Below are positions 63,501 through 64,000 of a DNA stretch of 64,000 nt, piece after piece; the stretch's first letter is position 1; every line of letters begins with the position of its first letter. The stretch lies in the NCBI GenBank assembly GCA_002269645.1, contig NIVC01000265.1, positions 13,441 through 77,440 of the forward strand. The letters are read 5' to 3'. This DNA is from Macrostomum lignano. Taxonomy: Eukaryota. Made by a program: the position numbers and the translations under genes. Under the pieces are notes generated by a model. That model made no database searches, had not been told where the DNA came from, and saw nothing but the letters and a program-made list of their open reading frames with translations.

Positions 63501-64000
63501 GATACTGGCGCCGATTTGGTGATCCTGGCGCCAAATTTGGCTTTCGGCGCCAATTTAAGCTTTCCGCGCCAATTTGAGCTTTCCAGCGCTGGTCCGGGCT
63601 TTTTAGCGCTGTTTTCAGCATTCCAGCGCTGATTTGGCGATACTGGCGCCGATTTGGTGATCCTGGCGCCAAATTTGACTTTCGGCGCCAATTTGAGCTT
63701 TCCGCGCCAATTTGAGCTTTCCAGCGCCGATTTGAGCTTTCCAGCGCTGGTCCGGGCTTTTTAGCGCTGATTTTCAGCATTCCGGCGCTGATTTGGCGAT
63801 ACTGGCGCCGATTTGGTGATCCTGGCGCCAAATTTGACTTTCGGCGCCAATTTGAGCTTTCCGCGCCAATTTGAGCTTTCCAGCGCCGATTTGAGCTTTC
63901 CAGCGCTGGTCCGGGCTTTTTAGCGCTGTTTTCAGCATTCCGGCGCTGATTTGGCGATACTGGCGCCGATTTGGTGATCCTGGCGCCAAATTTGGCTTTC
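60570..64000. repeat. GC-rich hierarchical satellite: subrepeats of about 20 bp, 158/139-bp monomers, higher-order period of about 1090 bp; runs off the window
   Basis: ggtcc landmark at 60701, 60859, 61017, 61156, 61315; near-identical 124-aa pseudo-ORFs at 61041 and 62131. Confidence 0.96.

Noticed and set aside
60556-63989. Many long basic ORFs (up to 480 aa) on the minus strand
   Set aside because: Satellite lacking stops in some frames; frames shift with unit indels.

Overview
Eukaryotic, intron-containing animal DNA. GC-rich polyQ exons, introns filled by minisatellites and a (TTAGGG)n tract resemble the flatworm Macrostomum; this is an inference, not a database hit. No prokaryotic features, rRNA or CRISPR arrays were seen. 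Nine protein-coding genes were assembled by hand from GT-AG splice sites with consistent phases: the 3' end of a PRKX/PKA-C-like kinase (+); an AKAP7-like 2H-phosphoesterase-fold gene (-, 6 exons, absent from the ORF track, both HxT motifs degenerate); a claudin/PMP22-like tetraspan (+); an unknown coiled-coil gene (-); a redox-inactive thioredoxin-fold membrane protein (-); a receptor with about 7 C-type lectin domains, a kringle and an NPxY tail (+); Vav (+); an unknown gene (-); and BNIP3/NIX (+, 5 exons, mostly absent from the ORF track). About 15 introns each carry their own minisatellite. The 17-27 kb AT-rich block holds nested TIR elements, stretches with no CpG and two back-to-back palindromes. 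The window ends inside a hierarchical GC-rich satellite of about 158 bp. Most long ORFs in the track are translations of tandem repeats.
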